Shown here piece by piece: positions 1 to 10,959 of a stretch of DNA of 64,000 bases. Origin of the DNA: Anthoceros angustus. Its lineage: Eukaryota > Plantae > Anthocerotophyta. Within the stretch, counting starts at the first letter, position 1; every line of letters begins with the position of its first letter. The notes beneath the pieces were generated by a model. It made no database searches and was not told the origin of the DNA. It worked only from the letters and a program-made list of their open reading frames with translations. The position numbers were made by a program, and so were the translations under genes. Location: contig VJWM01000107.1 in assembly GCA_010909165.1 (NCBI GenBank), positions 186,001 to 250,000 on the forward strand. The letters are read 5' to 3'.

Positions 1-1522
1 CCACGACATTCACCTGCACATCATTGGCTCCTTCTGCGAGCAGTTAGTGAGCTCACATGACATTCAGCCGGAATAGGCCTGCAGGCTGCAACCAGTGTGT
101 CTTACATTGTGTGGCATGGGAGCCGCTGGGTAGTGTCCTTGGATGTGGATCCCACTGAAGTACTCTGGCATCTCTTCATAAGGTCCGTGGTACACAACAT
201 GGCCTCGAGCAAGCACCAAAACCTGATGTATGAGACCGAGGATGCGGTAGCTGGGCTGGTGTATCGTAAGAACAATGGTCCTTTTTCGCTCCTCTGTCAA
301 GCTGTAAAGGATTTGCATGAGTTGGAAAGCGGACGTGCTGTCCAGGCCAGATGTAGGCTCGTCCATGAATATGACCGCGGGGTCGTGAATTAGCTCGACC
401 CCGATGGAAATCCGTCGCCTCTCCCCTCCAGATACTCCTTTCATCTGCAGTGCCAGGAAGCGACACAAACTTAGTTTCCACCTCTGCTTCCTCCTGCTCA
501 CATGACTGAAACCGCTGCACATGTACAGGTTGAAGGGGACGTTACCAATTCGTTGCCAACATAAGTGTTGGCACACTGGCTGAGTCTAAGTTGCCGTATG
601 ATGGCCTCCACCCTGCGGCGCTTCTCCTCATGCGTCACCTTCGCAGGCAGCCTCACTCGGGCACTAAACATGAGCGTCTCGAAAGTGGTGAGTGTAGGAA
701 AGAGAGCATCATCCTGCGTGACGTACTGTGAGATTTTGTGGAAATTCTGGTCTACCGGCATTCCGTTGACGAACATCACCCCTTCCAGCCTGTCCCATCG
801 AATGCGGCCTGCCATGGCATCCAGCAATGTTGTCTTGGAGGAGCCAGACGGTCCTACAACGGCCAAAATCTCGCCATGCTTGGCCTGGAAAGTGACATCG
901 TTGAGTAGAACCTTGTCCCTCTTCTTGGCTCGATACTGGCCCCGACTCCAGATGGAGAAATCGGACTGCTGTGTCTCCACCACCTGAAGGCAGCTCACTT
1001 GCACACTGTCATTTTCGACTTGTTCTTCACACACATACTTGGATGGCAACAGATGGGATCCACACCGAATTCCTTCAGGACCACTCTCAGGATTTTCATA
1101 TCAGAAATGCCCGTGTACCTTGTAGGTGAGATTGAGGACGAAGATGTCGTAGGTCGGGCCATCCAGCGAGCTTGCCGATTCATACGCTGATCCCAGATAG
1201 TCAGACACAGGTCCTGAATTGAACAAGTGGCTGGTTCGGAACGTGAAGTTGCTTTGGCGTATCAAGTCGGGGCCCAGGGGGAGAAGAAGGCCAGAATTGG
1301 ACACACTTGCGCTCAATGCGGACTCGTACTCGGAACAGCGGGGGCTGTTTCCTCCAGTCAGATAGCCTACGCTGTCGGAGTAGCAGAGATCATCGCTGCT
1401 GGCGACAGAGATGGCGCGGCTGTGTGTTCGCTCTTGCACTTGAAGCTCTACGCTCTTCATGCCGCCCAGGCTCCTCTCCAGCCCCGCACTGCATGAGCTT
1501 CCTCGATATTCTGTTTCCACTC
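1..1522 (-). CDS. ABCG: ABCG half-size (WBC-type) ABC transporter, N-terminal part; runs off the window start
   Basis: Exons about 1522-1119, 983-546, 444-106 and 13-<1, with GT-AG borders. Motifs: NLTYKV, Walker A-like [10 protein letters not shown]-loop YVTQDD, signature VSGGERRR, Walker [13 protein letters not shown]-loop TIHQPS. Start codon uncertain: an AG acceptor lies near 1523 and the first in-frame ATG is at 1460. Confidence 0.93.
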
Positions 1523-2191
1523 CTGCAGGTTGGTCAACACTAGTGTTCCTGTTGCTGCTGCATACATCAGATCGAATGTGCCAAAGATGTCATCCTTAAG
1601 GAGACTGGAAACATCATCCTGTGACGCAGAGGTGTTTCACGTGATGTGTCGGCCCGTCGGGGCAGGAAGCGTGTCGTGTCTCTTGTGTGGCTGGGGCACT
1701 TTGCAGAGGAACAGAGCTGGAGCTGATGCGGGAGGTTGTTTGAAAGCCACTGGCTGCCGGCAGATTGTACAAGCTTGCATGTGGTTAAGCATGTCACAGT
1801 CTACGGACGATGCCGCTCGCCTGCTATGAATGTCACAGCTATCTGTTCAAACGAGCAAACGAGGTGGGTGAGCATCGCTGGATGGAACAGGACAGCGTCC
1901 TGTCGCTAAGTTAGTGGCGTGACAAATGCATTGCTTCGTAACTACTGCCGTTGAGATGCAATCACAGACTAGCTCGTCGCCGACGCTATGCATCCCGTGC
2001 AGTTGTACATACAATGTGGTAACCCTGCTTGAAAGGACAGGTGAAAGAGTCCAGGACGCGATGCATTGGAGGACATTTACTGCACATGGACTCTGAAGCT
2101 TCCGAGACTGTTGCAACAAACCCGTTGCGAGTGATATTACAAATGGCACGTTCCCCTGACCAGAACAGGGTACAACACAACGGCAGCTAGC

Positions 2192-3019
2192 TTAGCCCTT
2201 CAGAATGGGTGCCACAGGAACAAACAGACTACTCTCTCCGGCTTCAAGGCGATGGAGCACATCGGGATACATAGCTCTTCTCATGGCTTGATAGACGCCC
2301 TTATCCCAGTTTCGAGCAGCCAGAGCTTCTGCCTCCTTCAAAGCTTCATTCACTGTGGTGTCAGGGTCATCAAACAGAGCATCTATTAAGGCGGCCTCCA
2401 GAGCCATCTTCCCTGTATACTTGACGCACTTGAGCACTGCATTTCGGTAGACCGAAGGTGTCATCTTGCTGCGGAGAAGTGCTAGTGATCCAGCAGGGAT
2501 GGCTACGTTCACATCAACGGCACTGGAGTAGAGGAACCCGCGGTCTGCTCTCATGAACCTGTAATCATGGGCCATGGCCAGCAAGAAACCCCCACCAGCA
2601 GCATGGCCCGAGATGGCAGCAACGGTGGGCACATTCATGTCCATCAGAGCTAGCACCACCTTCTCGAACTGCTGGTAAAGGAGGGGTCCCCTTGACTCAG
2701 GATCTTCAGTGATCCATTCCAAGTCCAGGCCGTTGGTGTAGAACTTGCCTTCGTTGGTAGTGACCAGAACACCTGCATCTTCTGACCTGTTCACAGTCTC
2801 CAGATGTCCAATGATCTCCGAGCAAAGAGAAGGAGTCAGCCGGTGATCTCCTGGTCCCAGAAGCTTCAACACAAATACCTTTCCTGACTGGGTAAGGCTA
2901 CACATGTTTTCAGCCCGACTCAACACAATGCGGTTTCCAGGTTTCAGCGGGACTGACGCTACCGTAATCCGTTTCCAGGGATTAGGGCAGACACCTGACA
3001 CCAATGCACTCGCAAACAT
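2192..3019 (-). CDS. ECI: Enoyl-CoA delta isomerase (crotonase fold), intronless
   Basis: KFYTNGLDLEW, PTVAAISGHAAGGGFLLAMAHDYRFMRADRGFLY and an MCSL... start (ATG 2905) match plant ECI/IBR10-type proteins. A further in-frame ATG lies at 3019. Confidence 0.92.
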   Translation of the reverse strand: MFASALVSGVCPNPWKRITVASVPLKPGNRIVLSRAENMCSLTQSGKVFVLKLLGPGDHRLTPSLCSEIIGHLETVNRSEDAGVLVTTNEGKFYTNGLDLEWITEDPESRGPLLYQQFEKVVLALMDMNVPTVAAISGHAAGGGFLLAMAHDYRFMRADRGFLYSSAVDVNVAIPAGSLALLRSKMTPSVYRNAVLKCVKYTGKMALEAALIDALFDDPDTTVNEALKEAEALAARNWDKGVYQAMRRAMYPDVLHRLEAGESSLFVPVAPILKG

Positions 3020-3543
3020 TAGAGCTGACGAGCATGCAACATGTGAACGCTCTGAGTCGCTGAGTCTGCACCCAACACATGTCTGTATCTTCCAATACTC
3101 TCCAGATTATGTGGACGCTCTGGTATATGCAAAAGAAAGGGGTATTTCTTTAACACAAGGGGTCACAACTTCACAAATTGCGTGGTGAGTGCAAGAGACG
3201 GGTCTTGTCCATCTGGCTCCGGGCATACATAGCGACCGGATATGGGCGCCTCGGCTCTTTCATTCCAATGGGCATCTGAATGTACATGGTGTGATGCGAC
3301 GGGATTGCTCGATGTGTTCAAGCAAAGCTGATTTCCCGTAAAGTATGCCAGGGACTTACACCCGAAGGATGACATGCACCCGAACAGTACTCGAGAACTC
3401 CCAAAATACGACACTAACCACTGCATGATGACTGACCTGCGGCAGTTCCACCTTCCCATTCCATGAGTGCAAGCTCGTTACCCATGTAGAGCACAAGATG
3501 ATCACTGTATATTATCGTGCACCAAAAGACTTGAGAACACGAT

Positions 3544-6419
3544 CTCCCTTTCCATGCACACATCATGGTTCTTGTACTGATCATAATATTGGAGAGTTGC
3601 ATCTGCCATTAGACAGCGATTCCTGCCCCGCTCGGTTGAACAGTATCGTACTAGACCCACATGCGAGTTGCGACGATTTACCCAGCATCCTGACTGAACA
3701 TCCCACTGACCTGCACAAAGACGATTGGCCAATTGCTGTCAATAGCGCTCCACAGAGGCAGCAGCTCCAAAAAGGACAAAAAAAATTCCGCAACTGCCTA
3801 CCTTCAAACAAGTATGCAGCGAGGACTTGATGCATGTCAAGACCTTCTTAACGGCAGAGCACACTTCATCCGCTCCACATCAGGGAGGTTGCACAGAACT
3901 CGTGCCCCTAAGTTTTTTTCATAGGGTACCTAAATCGGTCTAATCTACTCTTCAGAACAACTGGGAGAATCGATACCACAGCTATGATGGCTAGAGTTAA
4001 TATCGTCTTCACATCATATAAATCACTCAGGGAATCTATCTGCGAAAGAATGCTACCAGCTTTTACAGAAATGACACCAGCAGGGATTACACCAACAAAG
4101 GTCCCAAAAAAGAACTCCCTGTGTTCAAGAAACAAATAACCCTTCAGAAATAAATAGACCACCTGCAAATTGGTCTATCTAAGGAGAAACCAGACATTGA
4201 GAACACGGGTGTCATGACTCGGCACATTTCTAATGTTACCAGCAGCAGATAAATTCACCTGAAGGGAATAGACACAAGCGGAGATCCGACATTGATGAAC
4301 CAGTTTGGCAGAAGGGGTGTTAACCGAAGAAACAGAATATAATAGAAAAGATTGTGTCGATGACGATGCACCTCCCTGGCAAACCACTCACAACGATCCG
4401 GGAAATAGTAGTATAGAATTTCCTTCAGTATACAGTTGGATAAGCAGTAGCACAGTGAGGAACCCACCGATGCCAACAACTGCGGCACAGGTTCAAGAAA
4501 CTCGTCAACGTAAAGTTCAGAGACACATTATTCTCTAAAATCTCAAAGCCAACTCCACAAAGACAGGCACTCAGTTTTAGGTGCCACACACTACATAACT
4601 GGGACAAGCAACCAAGCAGAAAACACAATCCACTGAGAATCCTTTGTAACTCATGTTACATGAGTCACTTTGTAAACCTCGCAATTCATGTTACAGGAGC
4701 CTTCCAGACGGGTATAGCACAGGCTATGACAAGAAAATATTTGGAAAGGACATACCGTCACCAGAATTACAGCCTCATAGAAGCCATATAGAGATCCAGC
4801 TAGAATGTTCAGGAAAATAGAACCTGGAATCATATATGCCTGAAGGAAGAGGTACAGACATATGACCCCTAGTTGTACTTGGGTTCGGTGTTCTTTCTGA
4901 TAGAGGATCAAGGTCTTTCGCACCACTCGAAGTTGCTCCAAGTCTTTAGGAACCTTCAAGAGGAGGACAGCTTCCTCCCTTTCCATGCACACATCATGGT
5001 TCTTGTACTGATCATAATATTGAGAGTTGCATCTGCCATTAGACAGCGATTCCTGCCCCGCTCGGTTGAACAGTATCGTACTAGACCCACATGCGAGTTG
5101 CGACGATTTACCAGCATCCTGACTGAACATCCCACTGACCTGCACAAAGACGATTGGCCAATTGTCACAACAAGCGCTCCACAGAGGCAGCAGCTCCAAA
5201 AAGGACAAAAAAAATTCCGCAACTGCCTACCTTCAAACAAGTATGCAGCGAGGACTTGATGCATGTCAAGACCTTCTTAACGGCAGAGCACACTTCATCC
5301 GCTCCACATCAGGGAGGTTGCACAGAACTCGTGCCCCTAAGTTTTTTTCATAGGGTACCTAAATCGGTCTAATCTACTCTTCAGAACAACTGGGAGAATC
5401 GATACCACAGCTATGATGGCTAGAGTTAATATCGTCTTCACATCATATAAATCACTCAGGGAATCTATCTGCGAAAGAATGCTACCAGCTTTTACAGAAA
5501 TGACACCAGCAGGGATTACACCAACAAAGGTCCCAAAAAAGAACTCCCTGTGTTCAAGAAACAAATAACCCTTCAGAAATAAATAGACCACCTGCAAATT
5601 GGTCTATCTAAGGAGAAACCAGACATTGAGAACACGGGTGTCATGACTCGGCACATTTCTAATGTTACCAGCAGCAGATAAATTCACCTGAAGGAATAGA
5701 CACAAGCGGAGATCCGACATTGATGAACCAGTTTGGCAGAAGGGGTGTTAACCGAAGAAACAGAATATAATAGAAAAGATTGTGTCGATGACGATGCACC
5801 TCCCTGGCAAACCACTCACAACGATCCGGGAAATAGTAGTATAGAATTTCCTTCAGTATACAGTTGGATAAGCAGTAGCACAGTGAGGAACCCACCGATG
5901 CCAACAACTGCGGCACAGGTTCAAGAAACTCGTCAACGTAAAGTTCAGAGACACATTATTCTCTAAAATCTCAAAGCCAACTCCACAAAGACAGGCACTC
6001 AGTTTTAGGTGCCACACACTACATAACTGGGACAAGCAACCAAGCAGAAAACACAATCCACTGAGTAGAATCCTTTGTAACTCATGTTACATGAGTCACT
6101 TTGTAAACCTCGCAATTCATGTTACAGGAGCCTTCCAGACGGGTATAGCACAGGCTATGACAAGAAAATATTTGGAAAGGACATACCGTCACCAGAATTA
6201 CAGCCTCATAGAAGCCATATAGAGATCCAGCTAGAATGTTCAGGAAAATAGAACCTGGAATCATATATGCCTGAAGGAAGAGGTACAGACATATGACCCC
6301 TAGTTGTACTTGGGTTCGGTGTTCTTTCTGATAGAGGATCAAGGTCTTTCGCACCACTCGAAGTTGCTCCAAGTCTTTAGGAACCTTCAAGAGGAGGACA
6401 GCTTCCTCCCTTTCCATGC
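3544..6419. repeat. Direct tandem duplication, unit about 1431 bp
   Basis: 3544-4974 matches 4975-6405 almost base for base. The 14-mer CTCCCTTTCCATGC occurs at 3544, 4975 and 6406. Confidence 0.95.
3908..4988 (-). pseudogene. 5'-truncated duplicate of the TMEM41/DedA gene (from MEREEAV to the stop)
   Basis: Repeats the second half of exon 1 plus exons 2 and 3 of the gene at 5337-6825. It has no promoter or N-terminus of its own. Confidence 0.8.
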
Positions 6420-6825
6420 CCCTGTCCACAAGGTTTTCTGCATCTGTCTGACCACCTGCACCAACTAAGATCCTCTGGTCCTGCTCTACTTGCGGAGTTC
6501 CAATTTTGGGGAGGGACAAAAACAGTGCAAACACCATCGAGCAGGAGACAGAGAACAGGATAGCAAGCAGCAAGACTTTGCGGATCCATAAAAAGCTCTC
6601 TGTCTTAACCGACTTCACATTCAGTAGAAGCTGTGGAGCAGTGGAAGTATCGTCGTACATGGAACTAGATTCGTCAAAAACGACAGGAGTTGGACTCTGA
6701 TATGAAACTGGCAGCGCAATGGCACGGCCTGTTACCACACTTTGCCCAACAGACCCCATTTCTGACATCTGCAACTCGAGGTCTTCATCACGACCTGCTG
6801 CTAAAGTTTGCATAGCGGTCCCCAT
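5337..6825 (-). CDS. TMEM41: TMEM41/DedA (SNARE-associated Golgi, VTT domain) membrane protein
   Basis: Exons 6825-6187, 5907-5688 and 5547-5337. Motifs: YLFLQAYMIPGSIFLNILAGSLYG, FLRLTPLLPNWFINVGSP, FFFGTFVGVIP. A 1-bp deletion near 5693 relative to the duplicate shifts the frame at the end of exon 2. Confidence 0.88.
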
Positions 6826-7919
6826 TCCGGCACTCTTCCCCCCTGAGGCAAGCAGAGAGCCATGAATTAAGCCACAAACCAATCTGCGAATGCACACAGA
6901 AGACACTGAAAGAGGGTTTTCGAAATGCCAAGGCTAATCGATGAGCTCTTGTTTTGGCGTTTCGAAATAGGTCTAATGACCGGAAGCAGACAAAAACGCA
7001 TCCAGACCCTCAAGCTAAAAGGTGCAAACTAGCAATCCCAGTACATTACAAGCAACATAAAACCTCCTGAATCTCGGATCCGAATCCAACGCTAAACTGG
7101 CGGTAATTGACTTGCCTCAGCGAAACTCTAGATTTCCTTTGACCAAAGTCTGAGAATTCCATCTCAAGAAGCCACAGCAGCGCATCAGCGCCATGAACAT
7201 GGAAGAAGAAGAATGCATTGTGAAGGATCAGGTGACCAGGACGTACATGCAAGTCGAAGTTCGCCGCCAAAATCAAACTACCTCAGGCCGTTGGAGTACC
7301 CGTCTCCTCAGTAGTTTAAGCAACACCACGTAGAGAAGTCCCGATGTGGAACAGTTCCAGGAGCAGTATGAAAACATGCGCCATCACAGGGTTAGCTGGG
7401 ACGCTGCTCAGGCGTCTGCAACAGCGCCAATCCGGTGAACTGTGACCAGCCACCACCGGAATCAGGGGGCTATCACTGCCGATCAGGCGTCAACCTGCAT
7501 TTGCGTCTGCAAGACACCCCGTTCCTCGAGTCAGTAGCCCACTGCCTAATTTCCTCATCTAAACAGCGTCCTTTTCTCGGTTTCTCGGGACATTGAAATG
7601 CGAGGTTGCGAGCTTGCCAAGTTAGTCTAGGTGATATGATGTACACCTAATATGTTTTCCTCGTTACTGAACAAAGTCTACGCCAAACCACCTGCTAGTC
7701 AAAGACAAACTAGCAAGACTCCGAGTGTTACACATGGTTGCGGAACTTGCCTAGAGTTGCGCTATATTAGAACTTGGGACCCTCAAGATAAACTCCTGCT
7801 ACTTAATTCAACATCCTACAAGTATGTAGCTATAACGTACCTACCCCGGTACATATGTAGTTTATTGGTATTTTGGCTTTAGGTTACATAGCACAAAAAC
7901 CCTTGGAGCAGTCGGGCTG

Positions 7920-8620
7920 TATGGAATACCGATCTGGTCATGCGGCATCCACATTTTTTTAGGGTTGTGGACAGAAAGAAATAGTCCTGCCGCATACGGC
8001 GGCACTATTTCGGTACGTCACGCATGACCACATCGGTCGGGGCTGCGGCCCCCGGTGTATCGATGTCGTCAACCTACCCCATGATGCACGAAAAGATTTC
8101 ACGATACACAGAAACGTTTCTTCTCTCGGGTTTAGGGTGGTGTTTAGGTCATTTGCATTGCCGCGCTATTGCGGCACGGGGCTCCATATGTCAGTGGTTG
8201 CATTAGCACTGCGCTCACCATTTGCAATTGCATTTGCGCTGCACTCATCGTGCGTTTGCGCGCTGGGCGTTGCCCTTACGCAAGGCCGTGCACTTTGGCT
8301 CGCCGCATATAGGGCTGCAACGCCCCCAGCCCGCCGCCTATGGGGTGCAGATGTGTCTTGGTCGCTTAACATGTATGTGTGGTGATCGAAATCCTAAAAC
8401 CCTAAAGAAGAAAACATGTGCATGACACAATCGGAACACCAGGCCTATGATCGTGTCATAGAAAGTTTTTGCCCCGCGTACGAACCTACAAAAGCTGATG
8501 TGGCACATATTATACGTGTACAGAAGTATCTGAAAGATGCCGTGGCATATTTCCGTAGCGTACACCCAAACAAAACAAAGTCGCACACATGCTGCTGTGT
8601 GACCAGATCGGTATTCCATA
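7920..8620. repeat. 21-bp perfect inverted repeat pair about 700 bp apart; possible MITE or non-autonomous TIR element
   Basis: TATGGAATACCGATCTGGTCA (7920-7940) and its reverse complement at 8600-8620. An internal hairpin lies at 7979-8010. No TSD identified. Confidence 0.5.
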
Positions 8621-8919
8621 GGGCTGCCTATGGCATACCAAAGCGGACAAAGGGGACAGGTACTTTTTTTTTTTTTTAAATTCTCATACAATACCCCTAA
8701 TACGTACATGAACATAGACATCTAAGAGAATATGCTCTCGCATCTTGTACGGAGGTCATACCTGATCAGACATGCTGCAGTGTCCGCTTTGGCGCCCTTA
8801 CCAACAACGGCCATTTTACCAAAGCGGTCACTGCACATGCAAGTTTTTTTAGTTCCGGGACACTCCTCTTTCAAAGTGTCTCTACTGTCTCTTGTGTTTT
8901 TCAAAGTCTCTCATCTACA

Positions 8920-10842
8920 AAGTGTCCTGTTAGCAAGTGTAAAAGAGATGCTCAGCACTAAGTACGATATGAAGGATATAGGGGAGCTTAAATTCTGCCT
9001 AGGGATTCAGCTTCTAAGAGTTAGATCTGAAGGGGCCCTCATCATTCACCAGTACAAGTACATTCAGCAACTCCTGCACAAGTTTAAGTTGGATGAGGCA
9101 CGTCCTGCCACAACACCATTTGCTGTAGGTATCAAGCTAACTATGTTACAGTGCCCACAATCAGCAGAAGAACAAAAGGAGATGGCAGATATACCTTATC
9201 GACATGCAGTGGGGAGCTTGCTGTTTGTAGCTAACTGGACTAGACCCGACATACAGTACTCTGTAAGCACTCTGTCACAGTTTCTGGAGAAGCCAGGACG
9301 TGCTCACTGGATAGCTGCTAAAAGGGTATTCCGCTATCTAAAAGGAACACAATGTTATGGACTTGCTTATAAAAGCAGTGGGTCTAGGCAATTTTCCCTA
9401 CGAGGGTTCACAGATGCCGATTGGGCATCAGATAGCGACAACCGAATAAGCCTTTCGACCTACTGTTTCCTACTGTCATCGCGGCCATTAGCTAGAGCTG
9501 TAAAAAGCAGGCATCCATTGCCTTATCCTCCACAGAAGCAGAATACAAAAGCCTGACAGACGCCTCAAAAGAAGCAGAGTGGGAACAAACCGTCTTAAAT
9601 GATATTGGGCACAAGTAGGCAGCACCAACTCCACTCCTATGCGATAACATGTCAGCAATTGCGTTAGTGGCCAACCCATGTTTCCACGCGAAAACCAAGC
9701 ATATAGAAATTCAGCATCACTACATCAGGGATGTTGTAGAACGCGGGGTTGTGAAGGTGGGTTACGTGCACACAGATGAGAATACAGCTGACGTACTGAG
9801 GAAGGCTTTACCCAAGCACAAGCATTACCAGCACATGGAAGGGTTAGGGCTGCTGGATTTCACAGGTTACTTCATGCAGGACGTGCGACCAGAGAAGGAG
9901 TAAACTTATCTGGTGGGTATGGAGGGGGTGGGAGCCTGTGCTCTCTGATGGTGAAGTTGTGTTCTTATTGTTAGAACCTGTCACCAGCCTCCTGACCTGC
10001 CGAGTTTTCCTATCTTCTGCAAGAGCCAGGTCACACAGATTTTAGAAGCCTGGTTAGCACAGCAGGGGTAAGCGATGAAAGGCCACACCAGGCGGATGAA
10101 GCCTCACGCAGATTTAATCGCCTGGGAATAGTCGGCCGCAATCTCTGATGCCTCCTTTATCTGTTTCAGCAGCGCTACCGTTGCCCGCAACTGTCCCACC
10201 AAGTCCATCTGCTCCTCGACTTCCTGGTTCGTCAGAGGTGGCTTTGCAGCTGCTTCAATCGACCTTCCCCAACGTAATCTCACTTCCATGCTGACAGTGT
10301 ACCCTCTTAGAGACATGGATTGCCCCACGAGGTGGCTTTCATCCCAGCCGTCGGAAGGCTTGTCCGTGCTGAACCTCGAACTCGTCCGAGCTGGTGGCGC
10401 CGGTGTCCTCTGCCGGGCAGATTTCCTGCCCCTTGCTTTCTTCTCAGGCTCGGCTTGCAGGCAGCTCATATCACTCGTTGTTGACATGGCGATGCTCAAC
10501 AGGAGCTGTGTGATCGAGAAGCAGGCGAGCTGGATGATTGCCAAGAGGGTGGTATACTGGAGGATCACCGCCATTCTTAAGAGCCCTGGCACGTTTGCAC
10601 TCGAGTTCGGTGGGTGGCGCGCAATCACTTCCAGACCATGTGAATGCACGACTTTAAGCTCGTGCAGCTTAAGAGGGAGTGTCACAATTGTTATACGTCG
10701 TCTATAGTATATGTACGATAGTTAAGTTACACTCGCTTAGGTTATGTACGCACACATTGACTATGTGACTTTTCGCAATTAGAGTTTTAGATAAATACAC
10801 ATGAGACCTTTTATTCATTAATTCAACCAGTTTTGTTCAACA
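8920..10842 (+). mobile_element. Ty1/Copia LTR retrotransposon, 3' part (RT, RNase H, 3' spacer, probable 3' LTR)
   Basis: YDMKDIGELKFCLGI, PYRHAVGSLLF, TRPDIQYSVS, GFTDADWA and KTKHIEIQHHYIRD, with a frameshift near 9480. Pol stop at 9903. Purine tract AAGAGGGAG (10671-10679) is followed by TG...CA (10680 to about 10842), a putative LTR whose boundary is tentative. Confidence 0.88.
10104..10574 (-). CDS. Uncharacterised antisense ORF inside the Copia 3' region
   Basis: Open from ATG 10574 to stop 10104 (156 aa), with a basic patch KKARGRKSARQR and a helical C-terminus. No family recognised. Confidence 0.35.
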   Translation of the reverse strand: MAVILQYTTLLAIIQLACFSITQLLLSIAMSTTSDMSCLQAEPEKKARGRKSARQRTPAPPARTSSRFSTDKPSDGWDESHLVGQSMSLRGYTVSMEVRLRWGRSIEAAAKPPLTNQEVEEQMDLVGQLRATVALLKQIKEASEIAADYSQAIKSA

Positions 10843-10959
10843 CGGCCTGCTCTCGCTGCCTAAGTTCCATTGTGAATATACACACTCGAACTGCTACTCA
10901 CTGGTCCTCCATATGTGTTGCTCAATAACCTTGCCTTAAGCTTGTGGTCCCGATAGCAC

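Noticed and set aside
8664-8910. T14 tract plus adjacent sequence as the 3' end of a minus-strand LINE or SINE
   Set aside because: No recognisable RT or tRNA-like head and no TSD, so it cannot be supported.
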